Below are positions 9,383 to 17,639 of a stretch of 61,191 bases of DNA, piece after piece (the first letter of the stretch is position 1; every line of letters begins with the position of its first letter). The translations under genes were made by a program, and so were the position numbers. Under the pieces are notes generated by a model that saw only the letters and a list, made by a program, of their open reading frames with translations, did no database searches and was not told the DNA's origin. Source of the DNA: Candidatus Micrarchaeota archaeon (GTDB lineage: Archaea; Micrarchaeota; Micrarchaeia; Norongarragalinales; Norongarragalinaceae); NCBI GenBank assembly GCA_964477205.1, contig CAYZDE010000001.1, forward strand, positions 1-61,191, read 5' to 3'.

Positions 9383-9713
9383 AAATGAGTGGGTACGCTT
9401 CGATTACCGGTTCCTCGTACGGGTGCGCTGCTTTAACCGCCGCGATAACGCGGCCTAATTCACTCTTAAGGCAAAACGTTTCAATGCGCTCTTCAATAAC
9501 CGCCTCGTCGCGCCCGACTTCGCCTATAGCGGGGTTAGCGTTGTCCAATGGAGTGAACCTGCCAATGCCCTTGGTTGAAAAAGAGCAACCCGAATAGTTG
9601 TTTGTTGAGCCGGCTCCTGCTTCCTTTAAAGCTCTCCGTACGGCATCTGCGCTCGCTTCAGGAACGAAGGCGACTACCCCCGGCAACGCCTGTTGGCGTT
9701 GCGGGCTTCGCAA
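9381..9713 (-). CDS. small NIF3/YqfO C-terminal-domain-like protein (COG3323-type)
   Basis: 110-aa ORF whose pattern (VAFVPEASADAVRRALKEAGAG...GRFTPLDNANPAIGEVG...EERIE...AHPYEEPVIEAYPL) resembles the stand-alone PII-like domain of NIF3 proteins. The first ~12 codons are encoded by a repeat element, so the true start is uncertain. Confidence 0.5.
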   Translation of the reverse strand: MRSPQRQQALPGVVAFVPEASADAVRRALKEAGAGSTNNYSGCSFSTKGIGRFTPLDNANPAIGEVGRDEAVIEERIETFCLKSELGRVIAAVKAAHPYEEPVIEAYPLI

Positions 9714-9732
9714 ACCTCGAAGGTTTGCTTAG
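9677..9732. repeat. partial copy (inner two-hairpin module) of the dispersed hairpin element
   Basis: ccccggcaacgcctgttggcgttgcgggcttcgcaaacctcgaaggtttgcttag matches the reverse complement of 32306-32360 at 50 of 55 positions. It forms two hairpins (GGCAACGCC/GGCGTTGC and GCAAACCT/AGGTTTGC). Confidence 0.7.
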
Positions 9733-9753
9733 TTAATGAATTTACTCATTTCA

Positions 9754-11394
9754 CTAGAAGTCCATTCCCGGAGGCATTCCGCCGGGAGCTCCTCCTTGTG
9801 CCGGAGGGTGCCCTTTGGCGGCGATGATATCATCGATTCGTAAAATCATTTCAACGACTTCACTCGCGGATTGAATGGCTTGCTTTTTTACCTTCGCGGG
9901 TTCGACGACCTTAGATGACAAGTCAGCGACCTTCGCACCGTAAACGTTCACGCCGTAATTCAAGCCTTTCTTCTCGTGCTTGGAGCGCAAGTCCACGAGA
10001 GTGTCAATCGCGTCCATTCCCGCGGACTCGGCGAGAGTACGGGGGATTATTTCGAGTGCGTCCGCAAAAGCTTGAATCGCCAGTTGCTCGCGGCCGCCAA
10101 CGGCTATTGCGTGCTTGCGTAATCGCATGGCGAGCTCCATTTCAATGGCTCCTCCGCCCACGACGAATTGGCCGTCTTCAACAGCACTGGAAACCGCGCC
10201 TAAAGCATCGACAATAGCGCGTTCAGCCTCGTCAACAACGTGCTCGGTGCCCCCGCGCACGAGAATGGTAACGCTCTTGGGCTCCTTGCAGTCCTCTACG
10301 AAAACCATTTGCTCTCCGGCTATCTTGCGCTCTTCTACAACGCCCGCCTTTCCAAGGTCTTCGGCGCCCAAATCATCCAGCGTCGTGGTAATGCGCGCGC
10401 CGCTCGCCTTAGATAGCTTCTCCATGTCGCTCTTCTTTACGCGGCGAACCGTGAGCACGCCCGCCTTCGCGAGGTAGTGCTGGGCTAAGTCGTCAATTCC
10501 TTTCTGGCAGAAGAGCACGGTCGCACCGCTTTTCTTTACTTTCTCAACCATCGTTTTGAGCATTTGCTCTTCCTGCGCTAGGAAAGCAGTCATTTGCTCG
10601 GGTGAGTTAATGTTAATGCGCGCGTCCGTCTCCGTCTTCTCTATTTCAAGTGCGGTGTCCACTAAAGCGATTTTCGCTTTTTCAATGCGCTTGGGCATTC
10701 CCGGGTGAACTACTTCCTTGTCAATGAGCACTCCGTTAATGAGCGAGGTTTGGCTAACGTCACCGCCTTGCTTCTTCTCGATTTTAACAAAGTCCTTGTC
10801 TATCAAGTAGCCGTCATCACACTTCTCAGCGACTTTCTTCACGGCCGACACGACGAGGCCGGACAAATGCGCTTTAACTTCTTCTCCGGACGCGACTGTT
10901 TTCGAGCCCATGCTGATTCCCGCGATTTGCTCTAGTTTCTTTGTGTCCGAGAGCGAGACTTTCTCGCCGCACTCCGCCAAGTCCTTAATGGATTGGCGCG
11001 CCGCGTTATTGTAGCCCGCTACTATGGTAGAAGCGTGAATGTTTTGGTCGAGGAGGTCCAGGGACTTCTTCAAGAGTTCACCTGCGAGGACTACCGCGGT
11101 CGTGGTGCCGTCTCCTACTTCCTCGTCCTGCGTCTTCGCGATTTCCACCATCATCTTCGCGGCAGGGTGCTCCACGTTCATTTCTTGGAGTATGGTCGCC
11201 CCGTCATTAGTAATCACGATGTCTCCCAACTCGGAGACCATCATCTTGTCCATTCCACGGGGGCCTAGCGTGCTCTTCACGGCGCTAGCTACCGCGTGGC
11301 CAACGGCGATGTTAGTTCGCTGGGCATCCCTGCCTAGAATGCGCTGGCTGCCCTCCGGCAATACTACTACTTGTCCACCTAATTGTGTGTTCAT
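9754..11394 (-). CDS. ths: thermosome subunit (group II chaperonin)
   Basis: 546 aa with [35 protein letters not shown] and a C-terminal [13 protein letters not shown] tail. Confidence 0.95.
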   Translation of the reverse strand: MNTQLGGQVVVLPEGSQRILGRDAQRTNIAVGHAVASAVKSTLGPRGMDKMMVSELGDIVITNDGATILQEMNVEHPAAKMMVEIAKTQDEEVGDGTTTAVVLAGELLKKSLDLLDQNIHASTIVAGYNNAARQSIKDLAECGEKVSLSDTKKLEQIAGISMGSKTVASGEEVKAHLSGLVVSAVKKVAEKCDDGYLIDKDFVKIEKKQGGDVSQTSLINGVLIDKEVVHPGMPKRIEKAKIALVDTALEIEKTETDARININSPEQMTAFLAQEEQMLKTMVEKVKKSGATVLFCQKGIDDLAQHYLAKAGVLTVRRVKKSDMEKLSKASGARITTTLDDLGAEDLGKAGVVEERKIAGEQMVFVEDCKEPKSVTILVRGGTEHVVDEAERAIVDALGAVSSAVEDGQFVVGGGAIEMELAMRLRKHAIAVGGREQLAIQAFADALEIIPRTLAESAGMDAIDTLVDLRSKHEKKGLNYGVNVYGAKVADLSSKVVEPAKVKKQAIQSASEVVEMILRIDDIIAAKGHPPAQGGAPGGMPPGMDF

Positions 11395-11527
11395 GGTATT
11401 TACTCCACCTCAAAAATTACTTAAAATTATCTAGCTCATAAAACAGTATAATAGATTAAAATATGCCTTATTGCCTAGAATTAATACGATCTTTACCCTT
11501 TAAAGATTATCGGAGAGGTGCTTTGCA

Positions 11528-13114
11528 TTGAAGGAATTAATCACCGCGGCTTTGCCGTACGCGAACGGGGAACTACACCTAGGGCATCTCATGAGCACTT
11601 ACCTCCCCGCGGACGAGTACTCTCGTTACTGCAAACTCGTCGGGCGAGAATCGCTATTCGTTTGCGCTACCGATGAGCACGGCGCGCCCATTCAATTCAA
11701 AGCAGAGCAGGCGGGAATAGAGCCTGAAGAGTTCGTGAAGCGCTTCCGTAAGAAGCACGCCAAGGATTTCGCCAAGATGGGCGTGGAATTCGATTGCTTT
11801 TACTATACGCACTCGCCCGAAAACCACGAGTTAACCAAGGAGTTCTACGAGACGCTGAACGAGAAAGGGCTCTTTGAAGAGCGCTTGATACAGCAAACTT
11901 ATTGCCCGAAGTGCGACCGCGTGCTACCCGACCGTTACGTTAAAGGCAAGTGCCCTTTTTGTGGGGCTGAAGAGCAGTACGGCGACTCTTGCGAGTCCTG
12001 CGGGAAGGCTTATTCTACAACCGATCTCATCGAGCCGAAGTGCTCCGTGTGCGGAGCCGTCCCCGAGCGCCAGGAGTCAAAGCACTTGTTCTTCAAGCTA
12101 TCCGAATTCAAGCCGTTCCTTGAGGAGTGGCTAGCAAAGCCCGAATTACAATCCGACGTAGTGAATTACGTGAAGAATTGGCTCTCCGACTTGAAGGATT
12201 GGGACGTCACGCGCGACGGGCCGTACTTTGGAATCCCGATTCCGGGCAGGAAAAACCAATTCTTTTACGTGTGGTTCGACGCGCCCATCGGGTACGCCTC
12301 CTCGACGCTCGCATGGTGCAAAGCGAACAACGCGCAATTATCGGATTGGTGGCAGAACGAAGATTGCAGGATAACCCATTTCATCGGCAAGGACATCGTG
12401 TACCACCACTACCTGTTCTGGCCTACCATGCTCCACGCGCGAGGATACTCCATTCCCGCGCGCATTCCGACGCGCGGCCACTTGAACATGGCCGGGCAGA
12501 AGATGAGCAAGAGCCGCGGCCGATTCATCTTACTGGAAGACATTAAATTGCCGTCTGATTACGTGCGGTATTACCTCACCGCGATAACGCCGAATTCAAC
12601 TGCGGACGTGAACTTCACTTGGGATGAATTAAAAGAAAAAGTGAACAAGGAGCTCGTGGACGCTTACGGAAATTTCGTGCACCGCTCCTTATCCTTCATA
12701 GTAAACAAGGAAGGTGGAGTAGTTCCCGCGAAAGGAGAGTCAACCGAAGAAGACAATGCATTTGAAAGGGAAACCGACGAGTTGCTCGCGCGCGTTGCAA
12801 AACAATACGACGCAGTGGACTTCAAGCGCGCCCTCGAAGAGTGCATGGCGTTCGCGGGCAAGGCGAACAAGTACTTTAATGACCGCGCCCCGTGGAAGCT
12901 CATCAAGGAATCGCCGGGCCAAGCGCAAACAGTTTTGTACAACTCGACGCGCGCGGTTTACGCCTTGAGCATTGCACTCAACCCGATTCTCCCAGAGTCA
13001 ACCGCGCGTGCTTTAAGCATGCTCGGCCTTGAGGCGAAGTGGGACGCGAACGCGTTCCAACCGAAAGAATTGAAAGGCGTCGCGCCGTTATTCGAGAAGA
13101 TTCAAGATGACTGA
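11528..13114 (+). CDS. metG: methionyl-tRNA synthetase (no C-terminal tRNA-binding extension)
   Basis: Has the HLGH signature (ALPYANGELHLGHL), KMSKS (GQKMSKSRG) and two Zn knuckles (CPKCD..CPFCG, CESCG..CSVCG). Apparent TTG start. Confidence 0.92.
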   Translation: MKELITAALPYANGELHLGHLMSTYLPADEYSRYCKLVGRESLFVCATDEHGAPIQFKAEQAGIEPEEFVKRFRKKHAKDFAKMGVEFDCFYYTHSPENHELTKEFYETLNEKGLFEERLIQQTYCPKCDRVLPDRYVKGKCPFCGAEEQYGDSCESCGKAYSTTDLIEPKCSVCGAVPERQESKHLFFKLSEFKPFLEEWLAKPELQSDVVNYVKNWLSDLKDWDVTRDGPYFGIPIPGRKNQFFYVWFDAPIGYASSTLAWCKANNAQLSDWWQNEDCRITHFIGKDIVYHHYLFWPTMLHARGYSIPARIPTRGHLNMAGQKMSKSRGRFILLEDIKLPSDYVRYYLTAITPNSTADVNFTWDELKEKVNKELVDAYGNFVHRSLSFIVNKEGGVVPAKGESTEEDNAFERETDELLARVAKQYDAVDFKRALEECMAFAGKANKYFNDRAPWKLIKESPGQAQTVLYNSTRAVYALSIALNPILPESTARALSMLGLEAKWDANAFQPKELKGVAPLFEKIQDD

Positions 13115-13832
13115 ACAGTGGGAGAGAGCGAAAGTCGAGCGGGTCCACTTGGTTACTGGGGAAAATAACGAACCCGTGTGCTTTAGCGGCGGGGAGTGGG
13201 AATCTTTCTTCGGAAGGGTTTACCAAGGTCGCTTGAAGTTCGAAAGCGAAGGCGGAAAGCGCCGTAATTTGCGCGTGGCGGTTAAAGTGTTTAAGGATCA
13301 AAAGTGGGCCAATAACACTGCTGACAAATTCTCGCAGGCAATGCATGATTTTCGCAAAGCGGGAATTCCTCTGCCGAAAATGTTCATGCACCGGCTCTCC
13401 GAGGGGGACGCGAATGGTTTTCACGGAAAAGCAAAAGCAGGGGACCTAGTCAAGGTTATGGAACTGTACGGGTCGCATAAGGGCTCTAAATTAACGGATT
13501 TAGATTATTCTCCGGAAACCAACCGCCGAATAATAGAATACTCTACAAAACTCGCGAATGCCGGTTATTCAGCGGAGTGCGAGGACTTTTACAAAATGCT
13601 GCGCGGGAAGGTAAAGCCTTTTGACTTGGATTTATTTGTTGTCTTCGGGTCCAGTTTGCCATCACGGGTTCGCGCGCAAGGAGTTCTTGACCACATCAAG
13701 TCACTCGTTAAAAGCGGGAACTCAACGCATGACGAATTATTAAAGGAAGCACTCAAACACGCGAAGCCGAAGTTGAAAAGGAAAATCAAGGGTTTGACCA
13801 AGAACCCGAAGTGGGCTGAAGAAAAATATTAG
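13107..13832 (+). CDS. hypothetical protein with a protein-kinase-like N-lobe (atypical kinase or pseudokinase)
   Basis: Overlaps the metG stop by 8 nt. Has a glycine-loop-like SGGEWESFFGRVYQG, a VAIK-like RVAVKVFK, a hinge-like VMELYG and a possible DFG-like FDLDLF. No clear HRD catalytic loop. Confidence 0.55.
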   Translation: MTEQWERAKVERVHLVTGENNEPVCFSGGEWESFFGRVYQGRLKFESEGGKRRNLRVAVKVFKDQKWANNTADKFSQAMHDFRKAGIPLPKMFMHRLSEGDANGFHGKAKAGDLVKVMELYGSHKGSKLTDLDYSPETNRRIIEYSTKLANAGYSAECEDFYKMLRGKVKPFDLDLFVVFGSSLPSRVRAQGVLDHIKSLVKSGNSTHDELLKEALKHAKPKLKRKIKGLTKNPKWAEEKY

Positions 13833-13834
13833 AG

Positions 13835-13991
13835 TGCTCCGGCCGGGATTTGAACCCGGGTTACAGGATTTCCCCGACTTTTTAGTGCAGGTTTTTGCCC
13901 GCAGGTAAAAAAGTGCTGAGAGTCCTGCGTCCTATCGGCGAACCCCCTTCAAAAGAGTAGAAGGCCCTTGACCGGACTAGACGACTGGAGC
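13835..13991 (-). tRNA. tRNA-Glu(CUC)-like gene with ~80 nt of intervening sequence (two putative introns)
   Basis: Minus-strand parts: GCTCCAG-TC-GTCT-AGTCCGGTCAA-GGGC, then ~35 nt, then CAGGA-CTCTCA, then ~48 nt, then A-TCCTG-TAAC-CCGGG-TTCAAAT-CCCGG-CCGGAGC-A. The acceptor stem has 6 of 7 pairs (A6/C67 mismatch). A BHB-like motif can be drawn at the anticodon loop. No CCA is encoded, a T-run follows the 3' end, and a TATA-like tttaataat lies ~30 nt upstream. Confidence 0.55.
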
Positions 13992-14891
13992 AAATTTAAC
14001 GAAGTTTTTCTGATGCTTTTGATTATTAAACCCTACTTCTCTTGCAAACCGAAAAACATCTTCTTTTTTGTAAATACACGCGTACGGGGTGCCGTTGCCT
14101 TTCCAAACGTGTGGTGAATAGCCTAATGTTCTTAGGGCATGAACGATATCTTCTAAGAGGCTAGGTATCCCTGATTTAATCCATAACGCTGAAAACTTAT
14201 GATTCTTACTTTTAGGATACACTGAACCATCCGTATCAAAAATTCCTCTAATGCATGCCCGCATTAATTTTTTGTTTTTACGTATCCAAAAAGGAATCCG
14301 TACCCTATTCTTTTTTTTATTTCCATGTGGGAAACCAAGCGATTCGACGGTTACGAAGACATCTTTTCTTTGTACGCAAAGCCAGATGGACTTGCGTTTT
14401 TTGCTTTTTTTAATGTAAAATTTAACCAAAAAAACCTTCTCGAAAAGTGGTTTAACTATTTTAAGAAAATACGCTTCATCGTCAAACTTGTGACCGCTTA
14501 TTCTCAATTGGTAGGCGGCGAATTTTTCAGAGTAGTATAAGCTTCCATCCCCTAGAATAATTCCCATTACCTCGGCCAATGACGGGTTTTTTTTTGTTTT
14601 AATCGGGATAATTTGTAATCGTTTTCCCTTGCCTTTTTCTCCTCCTTTTCTTCGCCCCCAATTGTCGGATAGCTTTGCTTCTATTTGGCTAGAATATTTT
14701 TTGTTGCTAAGCGCGTTTAATTTTTTGAATATTTTTTCAGAGAGGGTTCTTTTTTCCTTAGCTAATTCATTCTTCAAATAGCCTTCTGAAACTTCCAGTT
14801 CTTTTGCTAGCGTTTTCCAAGTCCAAGCCCGAGTTTGTTTTACGCTTACTATGAGCTCTTTTTGCTTTCCTTTTTTGATTTTTATGCGCAC
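13977..14891 (-). CDS. free-standing LAGLIDADG homing-endonuclease-like protein with an N-terminal HTH
   Basis: Two LAGLIDADG motifs (VMGIILGDGSL and IRGIFDTDGSV). N-terminal HTH-like segment WTWKTLAKELEVSEGYLKN. GTG start with a TATA-like box upstream. Visibly AT-rich. The last 15 nt overlap the 5' end of the tRNA-Glu-like gene. Confidence 0.85.
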   Translation of the reverse strand: MRIKIKKGKQKELIVSVKQTRAWTWKTLAKELEVSEGYLKNELAKEKRTLSEKIFKKLNALSNKKYSSQIEAKLSDNWGRRKGGEKGKGKRLQIIPIKTKKNPSLAEVMGIILGDGSLYYSEKFAAYQLRISGHKFDDEAYFLKIVKPLFEKVFLVKFYIKKSKKRKSIWLCVQRKDVFVTVESLGFPHGNKKKNRVRIPFWIRKNKKLMRACIRGIFDTDGSVYPKSKNHKFSALWIKSGIPSLLEDIVHALRTLGYSPHVWKGNGTPYACIYKKEDVFRFAREVGFNNQKHQKNFVKFAPVV

Positions 14892-14950
14892 TAGTAGTTA
14901 AGGCTGCTTGCAAATATAAGTGTTCCTTAATCGAACTAAACTTGCTTTTA

Positions 14951-15604
14951 TTAAATTACTTTGTTTTCACTAAGCGCGCCCATGATTTCAGCGTGAATGT
15001 CTTCCACTGAACGAATTCCTTCGTTAGCCGAGCAGTTGATTACTATCCAGCCCTCGCGCTCGGCCGCCTCAAGGTAAGCAGTCCGGCTATCATTCAAGTG
15101 TGATTCGCTCTCCTCGTTCAAGTCGCGCCCCTCGTGCTTTGCCTCGCGCCCCTCGCGCAGCTTAGCCGAAGCTTCCACGGGCAGGTCAAGGAAAACAATT
15201 GCGTCCGCCTTCGGCAAGCGGGATTCCATTTGCTTCAACCACGCGACGAACTCTACTCTTTGCTCGGCTTCGCCAAACTTACCTGCTTGATGGCCGTAAC
15301 TCGCTTGCGAGTAACGGTCAATTACGAGTGTTTTTCCTTCTCTAATTTTCGCCTCGATTTCCGCTTTCTTTTGGTAGCGGTCCGCAGCGTACAACAGTGA
15401 AGCGGCTTCCGGCGTGACTTCGTCGAGCGAGCCGAGTTCGCCTTTCAAGTGCATTGCCACGAGTTTTCCGAACGGGGACTCGTAATCCGGGAAGGCTAGG
15501 TACTCCGCGCCCATTTTCTCGACGAGGAGCTTCGCTTGAGTTTTCTTGCCGGTGCCGTCGAGGCCTTCAATGACGATTATTTTTCCAGTCAATTCAAACA
15601 CCAA
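14951..15604 (-). CDS. tmk: thymidylate kinase
   Basis: P-loop IVIEGLDGTGKKTQ, an LVIDRY block, and the expected length of 217 aa. Confidence 0.88.
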   Translation of the reverse strand: MVFELTGKIIVIEGLDGTGKKTQAKLLVEKMGAEYLAFPDYESPFGKLVAMHLKGELGSLDEVTPEAASLLYAADRYQKKAEIEAKIREGKTLVIDRYSQASYGHQAGKFGEAEQRVEFVAWLKQMESRLPKADAIVFLDLPVEASAKLREGREAKHEGRDLNEESESHLNDSRTAYLEAAEREGWIVINCSANEGIRSVEDIHAEIMGALSENKVI

Positions 15605-16160
15605 GGAAAGAGCGGAAGAACACTGCGGTTAACGGTATCATCACGTTGTCGTCCGCCGGGAAGTCCACTGCTTCCACGATGCTCAATAAAGCAGCGTAGA
15701 ATAAAGCGGTTCCCAATGGAAGGAAGAATCCCGCGGCAACGGCTCCCGCGCAGAAGAAGCCGATGACTCCTTCCCAGGTTTTCTTCTCGTTGAATGATAA
15801 GCGATGGTTTCCGGCAACGCCGGCGAGCGTTGCGAATCCGTCACCGAAAGCGAGTATTGCTATTACCGCCAGGGTGAATTCTAGTTCGGGAGAGAACAAT
15901 GCTAGGAATAACGCTCCGGTGACGAACATCAAGGCGCCTTGCCCCGGGAATTTTGCGTTCTTTCGCTCGAACGCTTCCAAGAAGAAAGCGATGAAGCCCG
16001 GGCGGATGCCGATGGTCCACGAGCCGATTATGAATAACCCGAGGAAGAACACGCCCATTAGTGCGTTCACGAGGAATTCTTCGCCCGCGCCTACGCCGGC
16101 GAGTATCATCGCGAGGCCGTAGAAAACGTGTATTACTTGCCGCCTGTGCTCTAAACTCAT
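15594..16160 (-). CDS. polyprenol (dolichol/phytol) kinase-like cytidylyltransferase-family membrane protein
   Basis: 188-aa polytopic membrane protein with KKTWEGVIGFF (the K-T-x-E-G signature of the CTP-dependent kinase / CdsA superfamily). Overlaps tmk and the PAP2 gene. Confidence 0.6.
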   Translation of the reverse strand: MSLEHRRQVIHVFYGLAMILAGVGAGEEFLVNALMGVFFLGLFIIGSWTIGIRPGFIAFFLEAFERKNAKFPGQGALMFVTGALFLALFSPELEFTLAVIAILAFGDGFATLAGVAGNHRLSFNEKKTWEGVIGFFCAGAVAAGFFLPLGTALFYAALLSIVEAVDFPADDNVMIPLTAVFFRSFLGV

Positions 16161-16615
16161 TTCAATAACCTGTGCTTTTTGACTAATTTATTATCCTTGA
16201 AGTGCTCGAGTAATGCGTAAACCGCAAAGTAAGCGACCGCGCCCATGGCGAGCCCGGCCATCACTTGCGGCACCGAGTGCACGCCCAGCCAAACCCTGGA
16301 ATACGCAACGAGAGCACTCGCGGGTATGAATAAGAATATCCAGGAGGAGCCGAGGGAAGCGACGAGGAACACGCTCGTTATAGTGGAGTGAATGGAGGGG
16401 AACCCGTAAGAGTCCGGGCACCAATCCTCGCCGGCGCAAGGCCGGTCCAAGCCGTAGAATTGTTTTGCCCCCACGGATAAGATTACGGCGAGGAACAAGG
16501 CGATCACGAACACTTTCTTGCGCTCGAACCGCGTTAAGGCAATGAGCGTGAACAATGCCAGCGCGAAGTAATAGTACACGTCAATCCAAGTGCAAAGCGA
16601 AGCGAGCAAGTCCAT
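16157..16615 (-). CDS. PAP2-family (polyprenyl-diphosphate) phosphatase
   Basis: PAP2 motifs LDRP, PSIHS and SRVWLGVHS in a 152-aa membrane protein. Confidence 0.8.
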   Translation of the reverse strand: MDLLASLCTWIDVYYYFALALFTLIALTRFERKKVFVIALFLAVILSVGAKQFYGLDRPCAGEDWCPDSYGFPSIHSTITSVFLVASLGSSWIFLFIPASALVAYSRVWLGVHSVPQVMAGLAMGAVAYFAVYALLEHFKDNKLVKKHRLLK

Positions 16616-16696
16616 TAAACTAAGTCTTGGTGTAACTGTCTTTTATTCCTTTCAACCAAATTCTTTTTATTCCACGCTTACCCGTTCTTAATTCGC

Positions 16697-16850
16697 GCCG
16701 GTGTAGCTCAGTTGGCTAGAGCGCCAGACTCATAAAAACCGCAGCTCAAGGTCTAATGCGGCTTTGCACGGTTGTGCAACCTGGAAGTCGAGGGTTCAAA
16801 TTGAAACTCTTTCCTTTGGAAAGGGCTTCGTGGAATTCCCTCCACCGGCA
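16697..16850 (+). tRNA. tRNA(CAU) (Met or Ile2 type) with two putative introns, one in the anticodon loop and one in the T-loop
   Basis: Parts: GCCGGTG-TA-GCTC-AGTTGGCTA-GAGC-G-CCAGA-CTCATA, then ~44 nt, then CCTGG-AAGTC-GAGGG-TTCAAAT, then ~36 nt, then CCCTC-CACCGGC-A. The acceptor stem is a perfect 7 bp. An hBHBh'-like fold is possible at the anticodon (ACCG/CGGU helix, AAA bulge, CAUA/UGUG helix, CAA bulge). TATA-like tctttttattcc at about -30, and a T-run after the 3' end. Confidence 0.75.
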
Positions 16851-16886
16851 CTCTACTTTTTATTTTCTTTTGCCCTAATTTATTTG

Positions 16887-17639
16887 ATGATTGAAGCTCG
16901 CACCAGCGAAAGATTGGAAGCGAAACCGAAGAGCGTAGTACAGCTCGCAGTCGAACCGACCATCGGCTGTGATAATCAATGCGAGAATTGCGTTTACGGG
17001 GACGCGGTCCCAAGGGAAAAAAAGTTTTTGAGCGTTAAGACTTTAATGCGTTCTTTGGATGAGTTGCATGCCAATCACCCGCAATTAAAGCCTAAAATCA
17101 TTACTCACGAGCACAGGGGTGAGCCGATAGCCAACCCAAAGTTCGAGAGGATAGTTGAATTACTACGCAGCCGCCACCCTAAAGCAGTTCAAATATTATA
17201 CCACGGGTTCAGCGGCGTTGAAAGCCAGGAAGAGTTCGTACGAAAGACCCGCCACCTTGACAAAGTAGTGCTGTCGCTGGATCGCGACCATGTAGAGGCC
17301 TTGAAAAAGAGGAAAGGATTTTCCAGTGACAAAGAAGCCTTCAATGAATTAGGCAAGAGGGCATTGTGGGCCTTGCGGGCTCAAGCAATCCACAGGGAAG
17401 AGAATCCGCGGTTCAACGTGGAAATCAAGCTCGTTGGCTCGGAAGCAGAACAACGCGAATTAAAGAAAGGGTTATCGGATTCTTTGGATAAGGCTTACAG
17501 CCAATTCCTGGAATTTGATGAAGGCTCGAAAAACAAGCTGTTTCCACGGGGGCACGACTTGAATTTTTCTTCGAATAGCATCCTAAACCTGTTTCATGAC
17601 GGCTTGGTCAGCTTTTTTGTCCCCGGGGCCGAAAAATGA
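16887..17639 (+). CDS. minimal radical-SAM-like protein, paralog 1
   Basis: CX3CX2C at GCDNQCENC ~25 residues from the start, then GEPIANP. Collinear with the next ORF. The ORF-track start at 16764 lies inside the tRNA, so the first start downstream of the tRNA (ATG at 16887) is used. Confidence 0.7.
   Translation: MIEARTSERLEAKPKSVVQLAVEPTIGCDNQCENCVYGDAVPREKKFLSVKTLMRSLDELHANHPQLKPKIITHEHRGEPIANPKFERIVELLRSRHPKAVQILYHGFSGVESQEEFVRKTRHLDKVVLSLDRDHVEALKKRKGFSSDKEAFNELGKRALWALRAQAIHREENPRFNVEIKLVGSEAEQRELKKGLSDSLDKAYSQFLEFDEGSKNKLFPRGHDLNFSSNSILNLFHDGLVSFFVPGAEK

Noticed and set aside
13977-14891. The LAGLIDADG protein as an intein or an intron-encoded ORF.
   Set aside because: It is a free-standing ORF with its own start and promoter-like box and is not embedded in a host protein frame. 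No intein splicing blocks are visible. It lies upstream of, not within, the putative tRNA introns.
16764-16886. N-terminal 41 codons of the ORF-track entry 16764..17639.
   Set aside because: This part overlaps the 3' half of the tRNA(CAU) gene and its T-run terminator. The radical-SAM-like protein is started at the ATG at 16887 instead.
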